A DNA stretch of 23,194 nucleotides from Vitrella brassicaformis CCMP3155 (lineage: Eukaryota; Protista; Chromerida). Below, piece after piece: positions 9,127 to 19,767 of this stretch. The translations under genes and the position numbers were made by a program. The notes beneath the pieces were generated by a model, which worked only from the letters and a program-made list of their open reading frames with translations, ran no database searches and was not told where the DNA came from. Numbering within the stretch: the first letter of the stretch is position 1; each line of letters starts with the position of its first letter. Location of the stretch: contig CDMY01000763.1 of the NCBI GenBank assembly GCA_001179505.1, forward strand, positions 1 to 23,194, read 5' to 3'.

Positions 9127-12100
9127 ACACACTCACACCGACACAGACCGACAGACAGACAACACACACATACATTGACACATACATTGACACATTGATG
9201 CATGGATGGATGGATTGGCCCGTGTGAGTTGAGGGGATGGATGGATGCGGCTGGCTGGCTGGCTGGCTGTTTCGGCCCACCCCACCCGACCAGTGATATA
9301 TATAAGCAGACAGACAGACAGACAGACAGCTGCGTCGTATCTGGATGGCTCATGGAAGAAGCATCGCTCAGCACCAGACAGGCAGACACACACACACACA
9401 CGCACGCAGCCGTCGAGAGAGAGACAGAGACACAGAGGGAGGGTCACTGATAGAGGCGGGTACATGCCATGCCGCGAGATACGTTTGTATGTATTATAAG
9501 GCAAGATTGATGGGTGGATAAAGTGGAGAGTGGCTGCTGGGGTGGGTGAGAGCAGGGGACGAGTGCCCTGCCCGGATGGGTTGCGTTGGGTGACTGAATG
9601 TGCGTAGGAGTCGTCACGTCACTCATGCCGTCCTGGTGCCTGCTCTGCCTGTGCTGTGTGTGTGTGGTGTCGGTTTCAATCATTTGTGTGGATGGATGGA
9701 TTCTTGCACACCCCACACGTGTGGTGTGCATGGTATGGCGTGGACGGCCGTGAGTGTGTGCAGTGCAGTGAATGCATTGCAGCCGTTTTCCCCTTCGTCG
9801 TGTTTTTTGCGCAGTGAGTGAGTGAGTGAAAGACTGACTGGCGGACAGGCCGACGGACAGAGGCAGGCAGGCAGGAAGGCACGGGCGTGGCCGGCCGTAT
9901 GGGCGCACGTGCGTTTGTTTCCCGCGTGGATAATAATGTTCGTATGCGCGTGTGCGTGACTGGACGGGCAAGACACGTGACTAACTGACTGACCGACTGA
10001 ATCGCTGCGACGAGAGAGAGAGACGCTGTGGTTGGGTGGCTGGTTGGTTACGAAACCCACACATTCATTGTGGCACACACAAAATACGCAGGCAACCCAC
10101 ACATTCATTGTGGCACACACAAAATACGCAGGCGGGGGGTCCGGTCCGTCGGGCGGGGCGGAGCGGTGTGAGGTCTGGTCTGGTCGGCTCTAGGCAGGCA
10201 GGCACCGCACCCACGCAGTCAGTCCATCAAGCCAAGCATGTAGTGGGTGGATGGATGCACACTCACACAGATCCACACCCACACACACACGCGCCAAGGC
10301 ATACAGAGCGGAACAAGTAAGTAGGGGTATGAGAATGGACCACCACGCCCGTCTGGACCAACAGCCGCTGGGCGACACTTTCCCCGCCATCCGTCGAGCC
10401 AGATGGCCGGAAAGTGTCACACGGCAGGTGCCGGTGCACACACAGCGCGACACGCGAAACATCCGTGTGACATGATCCCATTCCTTCTTTGCTTTGTTCC
10501 TTGCTCCCGCGGGTCTGACCGATCCCTGCCTCCATCCCCCGCCTCCTGTCTCACCGCAAAAACGCTCTGTTGCTTCCTTCGCTCGGTCGGTTGATTGGTT
10601 GCATCCCATCGCCATCGGTATACACACACAGCCAGCCAGCCAGCCAGCCAGCCCAGCCGTCAGCCAAGGCAGTCAGACAGTCAATGATGATATATGGCAG
10701 CCAAGGGTCCCACCAAGGAAGCTAGCTGAGAGAGTAGGGTAAGAGAGTGAGTGGAAGCAGACAGAGAGAGAGACACATACATACACACACATATATGTGG
10801 CTGACAAATCCACGCAGCCACGACAAATAGACACGGACGCACACACACACTCTCACACACACACACACAGAGACAGACAGAGGAACCGACAGAGGGAGGG
10901 AGGAGACCCGCTTGCTGCTCGCTTGCCCTTTCCATCCCACCTTACCCCGCAAGCAGGCTCCCCCACCCCGCGCCCACACACCCAAACCCGCACGCACGCA
11001 CGCAACCCGACCCTGGGTCGAATTACAGACGCTACGAGAACCAGCCAGCCAGCCAGCCAGCCAGCGATGCCATGCCATGCTCCCATTGCAATGCATTGGT
11101 CGATCGACACGACTGCGTGTGTGTGAAGGTATGCAGGGATGTTTGTTTGTATTTACAGACAGGTTGGGTGGTGGGCATGGATGGCATCATCACTCCGGTG
11201 ACTGTTGTGTTGGTTGCTCGACGGACAGACAGACAGACGGACAGACAGACAGTGAGACAGACAGACAGATGAGATGTGCGAAGGTGGGGACAGCAGGACG
11301 GCAGGAGGGAGGGAGGGGGGGGTGTAGCAACGATCTACCTAGATGGGACGCGATCGATAGGATAGATACGAGAAAGACACACAAAGCAGAGAGAGAGAGA
11401 GGTGGACTGGACACACAGGCGCACACACATACAGACATACATACAGACAGACAGACAAGAAAGCCAGCTAGCTAGCAACTGTAAGACGCAGAGAAGAGAG
11501 AGACACGGCAGAGGAGTGAGTGAGTGAGTGAGTTAGTGGGTCGGTCAATCAGTGTAAGTCAGTCAGTGTGGGGAGGGCTGAAATTGTCGCCGCTACCCTT
11601 TGCAGCCAGACAAGACACACACACACACACACATATACCGACAGACATTCCCTAACTTACCCACAACTCCGCAACCTCCCCTCTCTGCTTGCTCATAGCC
11701 ATCCATCCATTCTAGGCACACACACACATCCAGACGTACAAGCGGCCCTTCGTCGTGAGTGAGATAGGCAGATAGGCAGGCAGATAGCGAGTGGGCGGAC
11801 GGAAACCAAAATGCCAAAACTGGCCACCTAACGAGACTCATAAAGCACTCTCTGGGACAGACACCACACAGACATCAATCAAAACCTCCCCAGCAGCCAG
11901 CCAGGCAGCCCTCCAGCCGAAGGCAGCAACGGACAGGCGCACACAGACACCGAGAGAGACAGACAGACAGACAGACAGAGACGGGAGGCACCCATATCAC
12001 ACACACACGTACGCGCACACGGTTGCGGTAGGTGTGTGTGAGTCTGGGTGGCCGATGCATGACATGCTCCGGCATGCAGAAAAACAGCTCCTAGCACATA

Positions 12101-13824
12101 CACTACACGCATCGCATCAAGACATACAGCCAGCCAGCCGTGGGATGGCATGGGATGGCATGGGATGCATTGCACTGTGTGGCGTCGGATAGTCAGATAG
12201 ATGGATGGACGGATGAATGGATGAATGGATGAAGGAATGTGTGCGCCAAAACGAGAATGGATGAATGGATGGATGGTGAGGTGAGCGACCGGCCGGCCGG
12301 CCGGTCAGCCAGCCAGTGCCAAAAACGACCTTAAAAGCAAGCAACCAATCAAGCAGTCAGGCATGCACAAGGAAGGAAGGGGGAGGGGCAAAAATACAAC
12401 AGAACTCGCAATCGATCAGTCACTCACCCGCTCAGCTCAGCTCAGCTCAGCTCGGCCAGCCAGTCAGTCAGCTGGCCAGGGTCCATCCACGAGGCAGGCA
12501 GAGTGGTGTAAGTAATAATGCCAGCCGAAACAAGTAAGTGGTGTGTGTGTGTGTGTGTGTCAATCATTGTAGTAGGGGGCTGCAGTGCACTGCAGCTGAT
12601 GCTTGTGTATAGAGAGAAGAGATACACACCCGTGTGTGGGTGGGGAGGTCGACGTCGATAAGGGTATGTATGTATGCATGCATGTGTGTGCTGTGCTGTG
12701 CTCTGCTGTGCTGTGCGATTGTGAGGTGAGCATGGATTGCTGTCTGTCTGTCTGTCTGCCTCTCTAGCGTAGCAAGTCAAATCAAGTCGTATCCCGTCTG
12801 TCTGTCGGTCGGTCAGCCTCCGTCTTGTCTGATGCGTGCCCATCCATCCATCCACTCACACATACATCCACACAATTCATCTGGCCTGCCTGCCATCCAT
12901 CCATCCATCCATCCAGTCAGTGTGCGTGTGTCGTGTCAGGTAGAAGTGCATGCCTCTCTCTCCGTCCGTGGCCTGTGGCGAATGGCCTGTGGGCCTCATC
13001 CATCCATCCATGCATCCATCGAGACCGACCGACTGACAGTCAGTTCATTCATTCATTCGCTCCGATCTCATGGTCGTCTGTTCTCCCCCCGTGTCCAAAT
13101 GACTCTTTCCCTTCCTAGGTGCACATAAGAAATCTGATGTGTGTGACTGATTGGTGTGGGGTGTAGTGTGGGTGGTGTGTGTGGTCTTGAAACAGCGACT
13201 GGTGGATGGATGCGTGGATGGATGGATACTGCCCCGACTGCCCTGACTTCCCGCCTTCGCGATGACTGCCGTCCCTCCCCTCCCTCCCTCCCTCCCTCCC
13301 GCCCCTCCTGCCTTCCCCCTCCCCAACATAGCCATCCATTCATGCATTCAGCAAGGGGTGGTAGATACCATATAGTCATGCATGCTCATGCGTGCGTGTG
13401 TGCATGGAGTCGAGTCGTACGAGTATTGATTCGATCAGCAACGATCAGCAACGACCAGCAAGGCATAGGCAAGGCAGGGCAAGGCAGGGCATAGCGGCAG
13501 GGGGGACAAACGGGGAGCGGAGCGAGCAAAGCGAGCGGAGCAAGGGAGTAGGGGGACAATTCCTTAAGGCAGGCAGGCAGGCAGGAACAAAAGGAAGGGG
13601 GATTACGCTTACGTATGCATACGTTCATACGTACATATACGTATACGCGTCCGTATACATCACGTGCGTGCATTGCAGCCGAAAAAGAGAAAAAGATGGG
13701 AAGAAGAAGCAAAGCAACAAGGACAAGGACAGGGAAAAGAATAGACGAGGACTCGACCGCCAGAAACACAAGACACCACAGCCGCCACGTATATATATGG
13801 TTGGAGTGGAAGTCAGTCACTCGC
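9127..13824. repeat. Microsatellite-dense convergent intergenic/3'UTR region
   Basis: Tracts of (GGAT)n/(CATC)n, (CAGA)n, (AC)n/(GT)n, (GCCA)n, (GAGT)n, (GGCA)n, (GCTCA)n at about 12430-12452 and (GGGA)n. No ORF with recognisable protein character. Flanked by the stop codons of the MYND (+) and PP2C (-) genes. Confidence 0.8.
10054..10133 (+). repeat. Perfect 40-bp tandem duplication
   Basis: AACCCACACATTCATTGTGGCACACACAAAATACGCAGGC occurs at 10054-10093 and again, identically, at 10094-10133. Confidence 0.95.
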
Positions 13825-16800
13825 TCAGTCGGCGTCGCCCGTGTTGTTGTTCGTGGCGGTGGCGTTGGTGCCGTTGTCGGCCTCATTGGTCCGAGTGGTC
13901 ACACTCTCCTCCTCGACCTCCATCTGGGTCGCATCCTCACTCTCAACCCCCATGCCACCAGACGACGACACTCCGTTCAGCAACGGCGCAGATGAGGCAG
14001 ATGACGAAGCCGCAGCGGCAGCGGCAGCCGCTGCTGCTGGGGCTGGGGCTGGTGCAGCGACGGGGGCCGGTGCGGGTGCAGACGACGAGGCAGAGGCAGA
14101 CGCAGAGGCAGACGCAGATGCGGGTGCAGAGCTGGACGTGGCGGCCTCTGGCTGCTGGGGAGTGGGTGGGCCGGGCTGGTTGACGTTGATGCTGGGGCTG
14201 GGTGCGGCCCCGTTGAGGTTGCTCGTGTCGTCGGTTGTGCCCTTGACCCCCGCACTGGCGTCGCCGTCAGAGTTGCTGCCTGACACACTCGGCTGGGGAG
14301 CCTCCAGCCCACCCTGTACACACGCGCGCAGCCAACCAGAGAGAGACACGTGTGTGTGTGTGTGTGTGTATGTGTGGGGTGAGAGGGGGTGGCTCACCTC
14401 AGCAGCAGCGCCGGCAGCTCCATTGGGGCCGTTCGGCAGTTGTGGGTTGGATGGGAGGAGCCCTTTGGCGGCGCCACCGGGGTCCATGCCGCCGATGAGA
14501 CCCGCCAGAGACTTGGTCGAGCCGCTTCGGACAACCTGATCAGATACATACATCCATACGTCAGTCAAAGACATATATGTGGATCGATGGATGGCGGCTT
14601 TGTCTGTGTGTGTTGTGTGTACCCATGAGGCCACAACACTGATGTCGTCCATTTTGCCGCCCTGGTAGTGAGTGCCGTGCTGCAACACACACACACACAC
14701 ACAGAGGCGCATGCACAGGTGTGCGTGCGGTGTTGGGTGTGTTTCGGTGTGTGTCTACCTGTCTGGCATGTCTGGCGAATGGCGATTTGGCCTTGGCGTC
14801 CAGCGACCGGTGGTACGCTGCCTGGGCTATCGCGGCAGCCACATTCTAGACGCATGACAATGACATATCACACACACACACAGACGCCACATAGGTTTGT
14901 GTCTGCCTGACTTCATGCACGTGTGTGTGTGTGTGTGTGTGTCTCACTCACCTCGGGTGAGGTGATGAGTGAAGCGTTCTGGAGGAGCGATGCCTCGAAG
15001 GGCGACATAGTCAGGTTAGCCAACGCGCAGATCTCGTGGTCAAACAAATTGTCAAACACTCCTGCGCGAAACAACGCACAGACACACAGAAAGCAAGCGC
15101 ATCAGTCAGCCACCTTGATATGGTATAGAGGCAAGTTGGTGTCAGGGAATGTGGGTGGGTTAGGTAGGTACCGTCGGTTCCCATGAGTATGAGGTCTCCC
15201 TCCTGCAGGGCCGTGGTATAGCCGTTGGCCATCGACGGCGTATCCTGCGGCAACAAACACGACTGCTTCAACACCCTACAAACACAACAAACACGTCACA
15301 GAGAGAGACTTGAGACCCTTGCCCGGATTCACTGGTACTGACTGAGTAGGTAGGTACCTGACGAGGGTCTGTTTTCCCTCGTTGAGAAGGTCGTCATAGT
15401 GCTCCGGCTGCGGCAGTCTTGACAGCTGGAACGGGCAGTTGAACGTGTGCTGCTGCTCCTTGGTGCGGAGCACACACGACATCTTGAAGAACCGCTGCCG
15501 ACGCAGCACCATGCACGTCGAGTCACCCAAATTAGCAACGCCCAGCCGCTGACCTGCACACACCACACACACGCCATACCATACCATACCAAACCACACA
15601 CACAAAAAGAGAAATCCGCGTCTGCCTGGGTGGGGTGGGTAAGGTGGTCGTGTGTGTGAGAGGTGACGTGAGGTGTACCTCGCTCGTCGAGGCATGCGAC
15701 GAGTGCGGTGCTTGAGCCAAAGGCTGTGGTTGTTTCATAGCCCTGAGACAGGATGTTCTGTGCACGCTGAGACGGCACACCTGCACACACACACACACAC
15801 ACGCAAGGCCACCCATGCGCACCCATGTGTGTGGGGTGGGGGCGGTTGGGAGCTGGTCAACTGACTGACTGACAGACTGACTGACCGTCCGGCGCGTTGT
15901 CGATGGAAGACTTGGCGCATCCGCGCATGAGTTGTTCGGCGAACAGCCGAGGGTTGAGACCAAACGAGTCCCACTCACCCACTCCGTCAGCAACGCCCAT
16001 GCAACCAGTCGCAGGGCTGATCAGATAGATAGAGGGAGAGCGACGTGGTGTGTAGGTGGGATGGGTGTGTTGATGTCTGTGTGTCAAGCCTACAGGTAGA
16101 AGAACGCGTCGGCGCCGCCCGTGGCGGCCTTGTCGGGATGGGGAATCATGAACCCTGAGAGCGAGCGATGGCACACAAACACCACACCACACCACACCAC
16201 ACCATGTCATGTCATGAGAGGAGAGGAGAGGCGGCCCCCCGTCTCGATCCCATCATCGTGGAGTGGACGTACCTCCGCACAGCAGTCTCAGGTCGGTGGT
16301 GGCGCGCACGTTGGGCAGCTGCAACTCCTGCAGGTAGGCAGGCAGGCAGGCATGAGCCACACCCCCACAGCACAGCACAGCGCAGCACAGAGGGTTGATG
16401 CAGAAAGGTTGGGTGTCCGTCCTTCCACTGCCACTGCCACTGCAGCTGGTGGCTGGTGTGCTGTGTGTGTGAGCTGAGTGCCTGACTGCCTGACCAGGTA
16501 TATGTCCGGTGAGTGGAGGTGTTCCATGACGGCCACCGGCCACCCGGTCACACTCATCGACGCAACGCGGCGCAACCTGCACACACACAACACACACGGG
16601 CGCACAACAAACCGATGGACGTTTGTTGTGTGTGTTGTGTGTGTGGTGTGGTGCTGTAGCATTCTAGCATACGTCTCTGGGTCTCTCTCTTGTGTGGCGA
16701 GTCCGTTCTCTGAGAGAGATCTGGGCATGTTGCCGTGGGCGTCGTCATGGAGCTCGCCCTCCTGCGATATCAGAGACTCACTGTCGTCAGTGCCATACGG

Positions 16801-19523
16801 AACTGCCAAATGCGGACCTGACACAGACAGACCATTGCAAAGCATCGCACAGCGTCAGCGTCTGTGTGTGTGGCTTGTGTGGTTCGGTCGGTCGGTCCGT
16901 CGGCTGGCTGGCTGGCTGGCTGCCCACCTACCATGTCCGCCGTGGTGTGGGTGTGGGGTTTGGTACTCCTGCAGTTCGGCCATCTCCTTGCCTATGCTGT
17001 TGCCGCGCTTCATGCCCAATATGTCAGGGTCCTCTGCACCGACACACAAGAACACAAGACATCACACGAGTGAGTTGTGGGCAGGTAGGTGTGTGGAGTG
17101 AGTGGATGTGGGTCTCAGGTGTGGGTGTGTCTGTGTGTATGCACCCGAGGTAGAGATTCTGGGGTGTCTGTTGTGGTCGTCGGCGGGCCCCGCCGGGCGG
17201 GGGCTGCCCGTCACACTGTAACGACGATGCGAATCTATCGAACTCTGAAAAACCGGCCAGACCAGATCAACCGATCGTAACACACATACACAAGACCGAA
17301 TGAGTGCGTGTCTGTCTGTGAATCTGAGAGTGTGTCAGAGTTCATTCATACCTTTGGCGGTGCGCTATGCTCGTGTGGCGGCAGTGGGAGTGAGGGCGGG
17401 ATGACACTGCCGCCGCCCCCGCCGCCCGCTGCTGCCGCGGCGGCGGCAGAGGATGAAGCATGGATGGAGGTGGGGCCACCGGCGGCCTGCTGCTGGTTGT
17501 TGTTCTGGTGCTCGTCCTCTGCCCACCGCCGCGAACGCTTCTTCAACAGACCTGGATGCACTATCAACACGTTGTTTGGGTTCCCCTGGTTGTCCTGCAC
17601 ACCCACATCCATCACATCACATCACACCACGTGTATGCCTGGGTGGGCAGTGCGGGCACTGCTCTGCCGTGGGTACGTTCGTTAGTTACGTACGTTTTGC
17701 TGTGGCATGGATTCGTCGCAGTGCCACACGCCGTCGACGACATACTTGAACTGGTAGAGGCCGGGCCGCACCCCCGGCAGGGCCTCTTGCAGCGACAACC
17801 AAAACACTCCAGTGCTGGGCCAATGAAGGATGGGATGGATGAATGGATGACGATGACACACGTCAAACACAACACAACACAGTGAGAGAGGTGCAGAGAG
17901 AAGCGTGTGTGTGTGGATGGATGGATGGATAGATGCCTAGATACCTAGGGCACTTGAAGAGTGGGAGTCTGGCCCCCCAAGGGGGGTCGGTGAAGGCCCC
18001 CGCCACCTCGACGTAGTTGCCCGCCATCACCCACTTCAACACTATGTCATTCCGACTAGATAAAGCACACACAACAGACAGACAGACAGACGATACACCG
18101 ACAGTGTCTGTCTGTGTTGGTGCCTGCGGCTGTGTGACGGCGCCCCAATCCCTCACTGAACTGACCCCGTGTCGGGCAAGAGTCGGATGCGCGCAGTTTT
18201 GGCCGAGGGACTGCCGCCACCCCCAGGACTCCCACCGTACTCACTCCCTGACGAAAGACACGATCAACCACATTCACACACGAACGGCATCCATCGGGTC
18301 TTGCCCCACTCGGCCCTGCCCGCCCTCGTACGTGACTTCCGTCCTTACCCGAGTTGCGCGAAGATGTGATGCTGCCTGTCGAGCTCGTACCCGCCGTGGT
18401 CGACGCATCAGTACCTGAACAGTCAGCACAACATAGATATATGACATGGCACAACACAACACATGCACCGGGATCTGTCATGAGTTGCGCTGGGTCACCC
18501 ACCCACCTCTGGAGGTCTGTGGTTGCTGGTCGTGTGGAGCAGTGAGCTGTGCGCAGGGAGGCGGGGCGGACGGGGGAGGGGCCGACACAGGGGACGCAAT
18601 ACGACCCGCAACTGACAACCGACACACAAACACACAAACGAAACAAACCAACGAACAAGCGGGAGTCAGTCGAGCCAGCATGGCCATGTCTGCCTGCACG
18701 GCCCACCCACCCCATCCCCAACCTGCCGGCGAGGCGATGCATACCTTGTGCTGACGCCTGGAGTGGCTGTGCAGGTGCTCCAGTGCGCAGGAATGTGGGC
18801 GTCAGCTTCTGGTCTTCAAGGGTCTCCGAGAGGCCCTTATACCCTCGCCCTTCCGCTTGCTCGATCCACAACTTGGCTCTAGCCAGACTCTGACCACACA
18901 GACAGACAGACAGTCAGACAAGCCGCTGTGTCGTCGATCGGGTCAGCCACCACCCATCGGTGGGTCCTCCTCTCCCTCCCTCCCTCCCTTCCTCCCTCCC
19001 CTGTGCCTGTCTGTTTGCCTGTCTGTCTGTCCGTCTGCCTGTGCGCAAAGTGACTTGAGGTGACTCGTTGACTGACCTGCTCCCGTGAAGGCGCCCTTTC
19101 GCGCCTGCTCGCCTCAAGTCGCCGCCTCTGCTCCCCCCTCCGCATGAGACGGTAGCCGCAGATTGCCCACTGCTGCATCCATCAAAACATCAATCGACAA
19201 CACACATCCCATCGCATCACATCCACAGCCACCCCCCACTCCACACAGCACAGCACAGCACGGACAGGACCGGACGGCCCAGCCCGCCCCACACACGAAG
19301 CACACACGAGGGAGGGAATTCCCCTCCCTCCACCGACCCCCTCGGTGTGCTTGTGCCCCCCTGACCCTCCCGTGGTGGTTACCGTGATGTGGTCCGGGAA
19401 TCCGGTCTCATTGGCCATGTGTAGGAACAAACTCCTGGCGATACGCGAAGAGGGGTCCTCGGGGCGGCAAGTGGGAGGCCTGGTCGGCAGGGGCGGGTTG
19501 TCGGGCAAATGCTGTGGCATCAT
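13825..19523 (-). CDS. PP2C/PPM Ser/Thr phosphatase of the PTC7 subfamily fused to an N-terminal AMPK-beta-type CBM48 (glycogen/starch-binding) domain, about 987 aa, 23 exons
   Basis: Exons (minus): 19523-19383, 19172-19077, 18889-18745, 18414-18349, 18247-18166, 18055-17945, 17814-17694, 17594-17352, 17244-17145, 17033-16932, 16817-16673, 16576-16495, 16327-16273, 16154-16094, 16016-15886, 15780-15679, 15553-15358, 15275-15172, 15061-14952, 14845-14759, 14679-14623, 14535-14398, 14313-13825. All are phase-consistent (2964 nt). PTC7-type motifs: IPHPDKAATGGADAFF, GVADGVGEW, GSSTA, ANLGDS, EQQHTFNCPFQL, LILMGTDGVFDNLF, GGKMDDISVV. Confidence 0.93.
14623..16300 (-). other. PTC7-type PP2C catalytic domain (within the PP2C gene)
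   Basis: Metal-binding aspartates are present in the GADA, ADG, TDG and MDD motifs after splicing. Confidence 0.92.
17556..18055 (-). other. CBM48 / AMPK-beta glycogen-binding-like domain (within the PP2C gene, 3 exons)
   Basis: Spliced IVLKWVMAGNYVEVAGAFTDPPWGARLPLFKCPSTGVFWLSLQEALPGVRPGLYQFKYVVDGVWHCDESMPQQNDNQGNPNNVLIV matches the AMPK-beta CBM pattern (W..G..V...G.F..W, L..G.YQYKF.VDG.W..D, D..GN.NN.I.V). Confidence 0.88.
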
Positions 19524-19767
19524 GCTGAAGGGTGGACTCTATCTCAAGTACAGCACCAGGCTCTGCTTGGGGGACGCTGGGGCGTCGCTGCTTGTGCCGA
19601 TTGGAAGCCTGTTTTCCCGCATCCGATCTGCGAGCTTCGAGCAAGCAGTGAAGAGGACGATGTTCTTCACGGCACGTGCTGAAGGGTTCTCCTGCCCGTC
19701 CTAGTATCGCTACCACGGTTCTATATCTGTCATGTTTTGATGCTGAAGGTCCGCTGACACCGGCAGC

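Noticed and set aside
10054-10133. Possible CRISPR repeat
   Set aside because: Only two abutting copies with no spacer, no cas genes, and a eukaryotic context.
12287-12306. 20-nt perfect palindrome GACCGGCCGGCCGGCCGGTC, and the 14-nt palindrome at 13611-13624
   Set aside because: Both are explained by self-complementary short repeat units (CCGG, TACGTA) in low-complexity DNA.
10312-12539. Repeated AACAAGTAAGT 11-mer (10312, 12529)
   Set aside because: Many repeated 11-mers are expected by chance in 23 kb. It is noted only as a donor-like motif.
13392-14539. Plus-strand Ala-rich ORFs (13392-14183, 13841-14539)
   Set aside because: They are antisense shadows of the GC-rich low-complexity last exons of the PP2C gene.
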